A stretch of DNA of 64,000 nucleotides from Rhodothermia bacterium (lineage in GTDB: Bacteria; Bacteroidota; Rhodothermia; Rhodothermales; UBA2364): assembly GCA_017303715.1 (NCBI GenBank), contig JAFLBZ010000014.1, forward strand, positions 3,708-67,707, in the 5' to 3' direction. The position numbers and the translations under genes were made by a program. Numbering within the stretch: the first letter of the stretch is position 1; the number at the start of each line of letters is the position of its first letter. Below are positions 63,600 to 64,000 of this stretch, one piece after another. The notes below the pieces were generated by a model. It was not told where the DNA came from, made no database searches, and was given only the letters and a program-made list of their open reading frames with translations.

Positions 63600-64000
63600 A
63601 TGATTCGTGAATTTCTGGGAATATTCCCAACGTTTAACGACAAGAACTGGATAGCTCCATCGGCGGATGTGATTGGTGATGTGGTGCTTGGAGAAGAAAG
63701 TAGCATTTGGTTTAATGCCACCGTTCGAGGAGATGTGAACCGTATTCGGATCGGGGACTTCTCGAATGTGCAGGACAATGCCGTAGTACATGTTACAAAC
63801 CGAACAGCACCAACAAAAATTGGCAATTACGTAACTGTTGGGCATAGTGCGGTGGTACATGGCTGCACGATAGAAGACAATGTTTTGGTTGGCATGGGAG
63901 CCATTATATTGGATCATGCCATTATTGGTCGAGACTCGATTGTGGGTGCAAAAGCATTGGTTACGAGCCGGACGGTCGTTCCGCCGCGATCCTTAGTCGT
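63600..64000 (+). CDS. gamma-carbonic-anhydrase-like / hexapeptide-repeat protein (YrdA/PaaY family), 3'-truncated by the window edge
   Basis: Not in the ORF track because it has no stop in the window. My translation from the ATG at 63600 is MIREFLGIFPTFNDKNWIAPSADVIGDVVLGEESSIWFNATVRGDVNRIRIGDFSNVQDNAVVHVT...IGNYVTVGHSAVVHGCTIEDNVLVGMGAIILD. Confidence 0.8.
   Translation, partial: MIREFLGIFPTFNDKNWIAPSADVIGDVVLGEESSIWFNATVRGDVNRIRIGDFSNVQDNAVVHVTNRTAPTKIGNYVTVGHSAVVHGCTIEDNVLVGMGAIILDHAIIGRDSIVGAKALVTSRTVVPPRSLV

Noticed and set aside
1-64000. tRNA, rRNA, tmRNA, prophage or integrase content
   Set aside because: I scanned the intergenic regions by eye for T-loop/acceptor patterns (GTTCGAATC-like) and for integrase or terminase-like ORFs and found none. 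A covariance-model scan (tRNAscan-SE, Infernal) would be needed to be definitive.

Overview
The window looks like a chromosomal segment from a Bacteroidota/Rhodothermota-like bacterium. This is an inference from three things: a TonB-dependent receptor with a CarboxypepD_reg N-terminus and a DUF4249 partner, a short NuoG, and a type-A RNase P RNA. Most of it is housekeeping. That includes a Kgd-type 2-oxoglutarate dehydrogenase, rpsU, two tandem MFS transporters, rnpB, a complete 14-gene nuoA-N operon, a pabB-pabC fusion, recQ and plsC. The outstanding feature lies at about 17.4-23.9 kb and is a diversity-generating retroelement (DGR). A 124-bp variable repeat at the 3' end of a Ser/Thr-kinase::FGE-sulfatase (C-type-lectin-fold) gene matches a template repeat downstream of an Avd-like gene and a reverse transcriptase. 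Every VR/TR mismatch I aligned falls on a template adenine. The RT reading frame is broken by an insertion of about 220 bp that carries two inverted copies of a hairpin repeat, and by a further frameshift. An FhaA-like FHA-domain gene sits directly downstream. The whole cassette is bracketed by same-orientation mosaic arrays of that same repeat family, with units of about 52 bp. Secondary observations are listed here.
- An SNF2 helicase, a low-GC 603-aa unknown protein and a DnaQ::GIY-YIG nuclease form a three-gene block.
- A perfect 6 x 21-bp tandem repeat sits upstream of a four-gene operon (KAS III, F390-synthetase-like, MBL hydrolase, NAD-reductase).
- A lipoprotein gene heading a low-GC TonB-receptor operon is frameshifted.
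- A small Fic-N-terminus-like ORF is wedged between nuoE and nuoF.
- An amidase_3 homologue has altered metal ligands.
- A bacterial GTDC1/DUF3524 glycosyltransferase homologue is present.
I recognised no tRNA, rRNA, CRISPR array, integrase or intact transposase.
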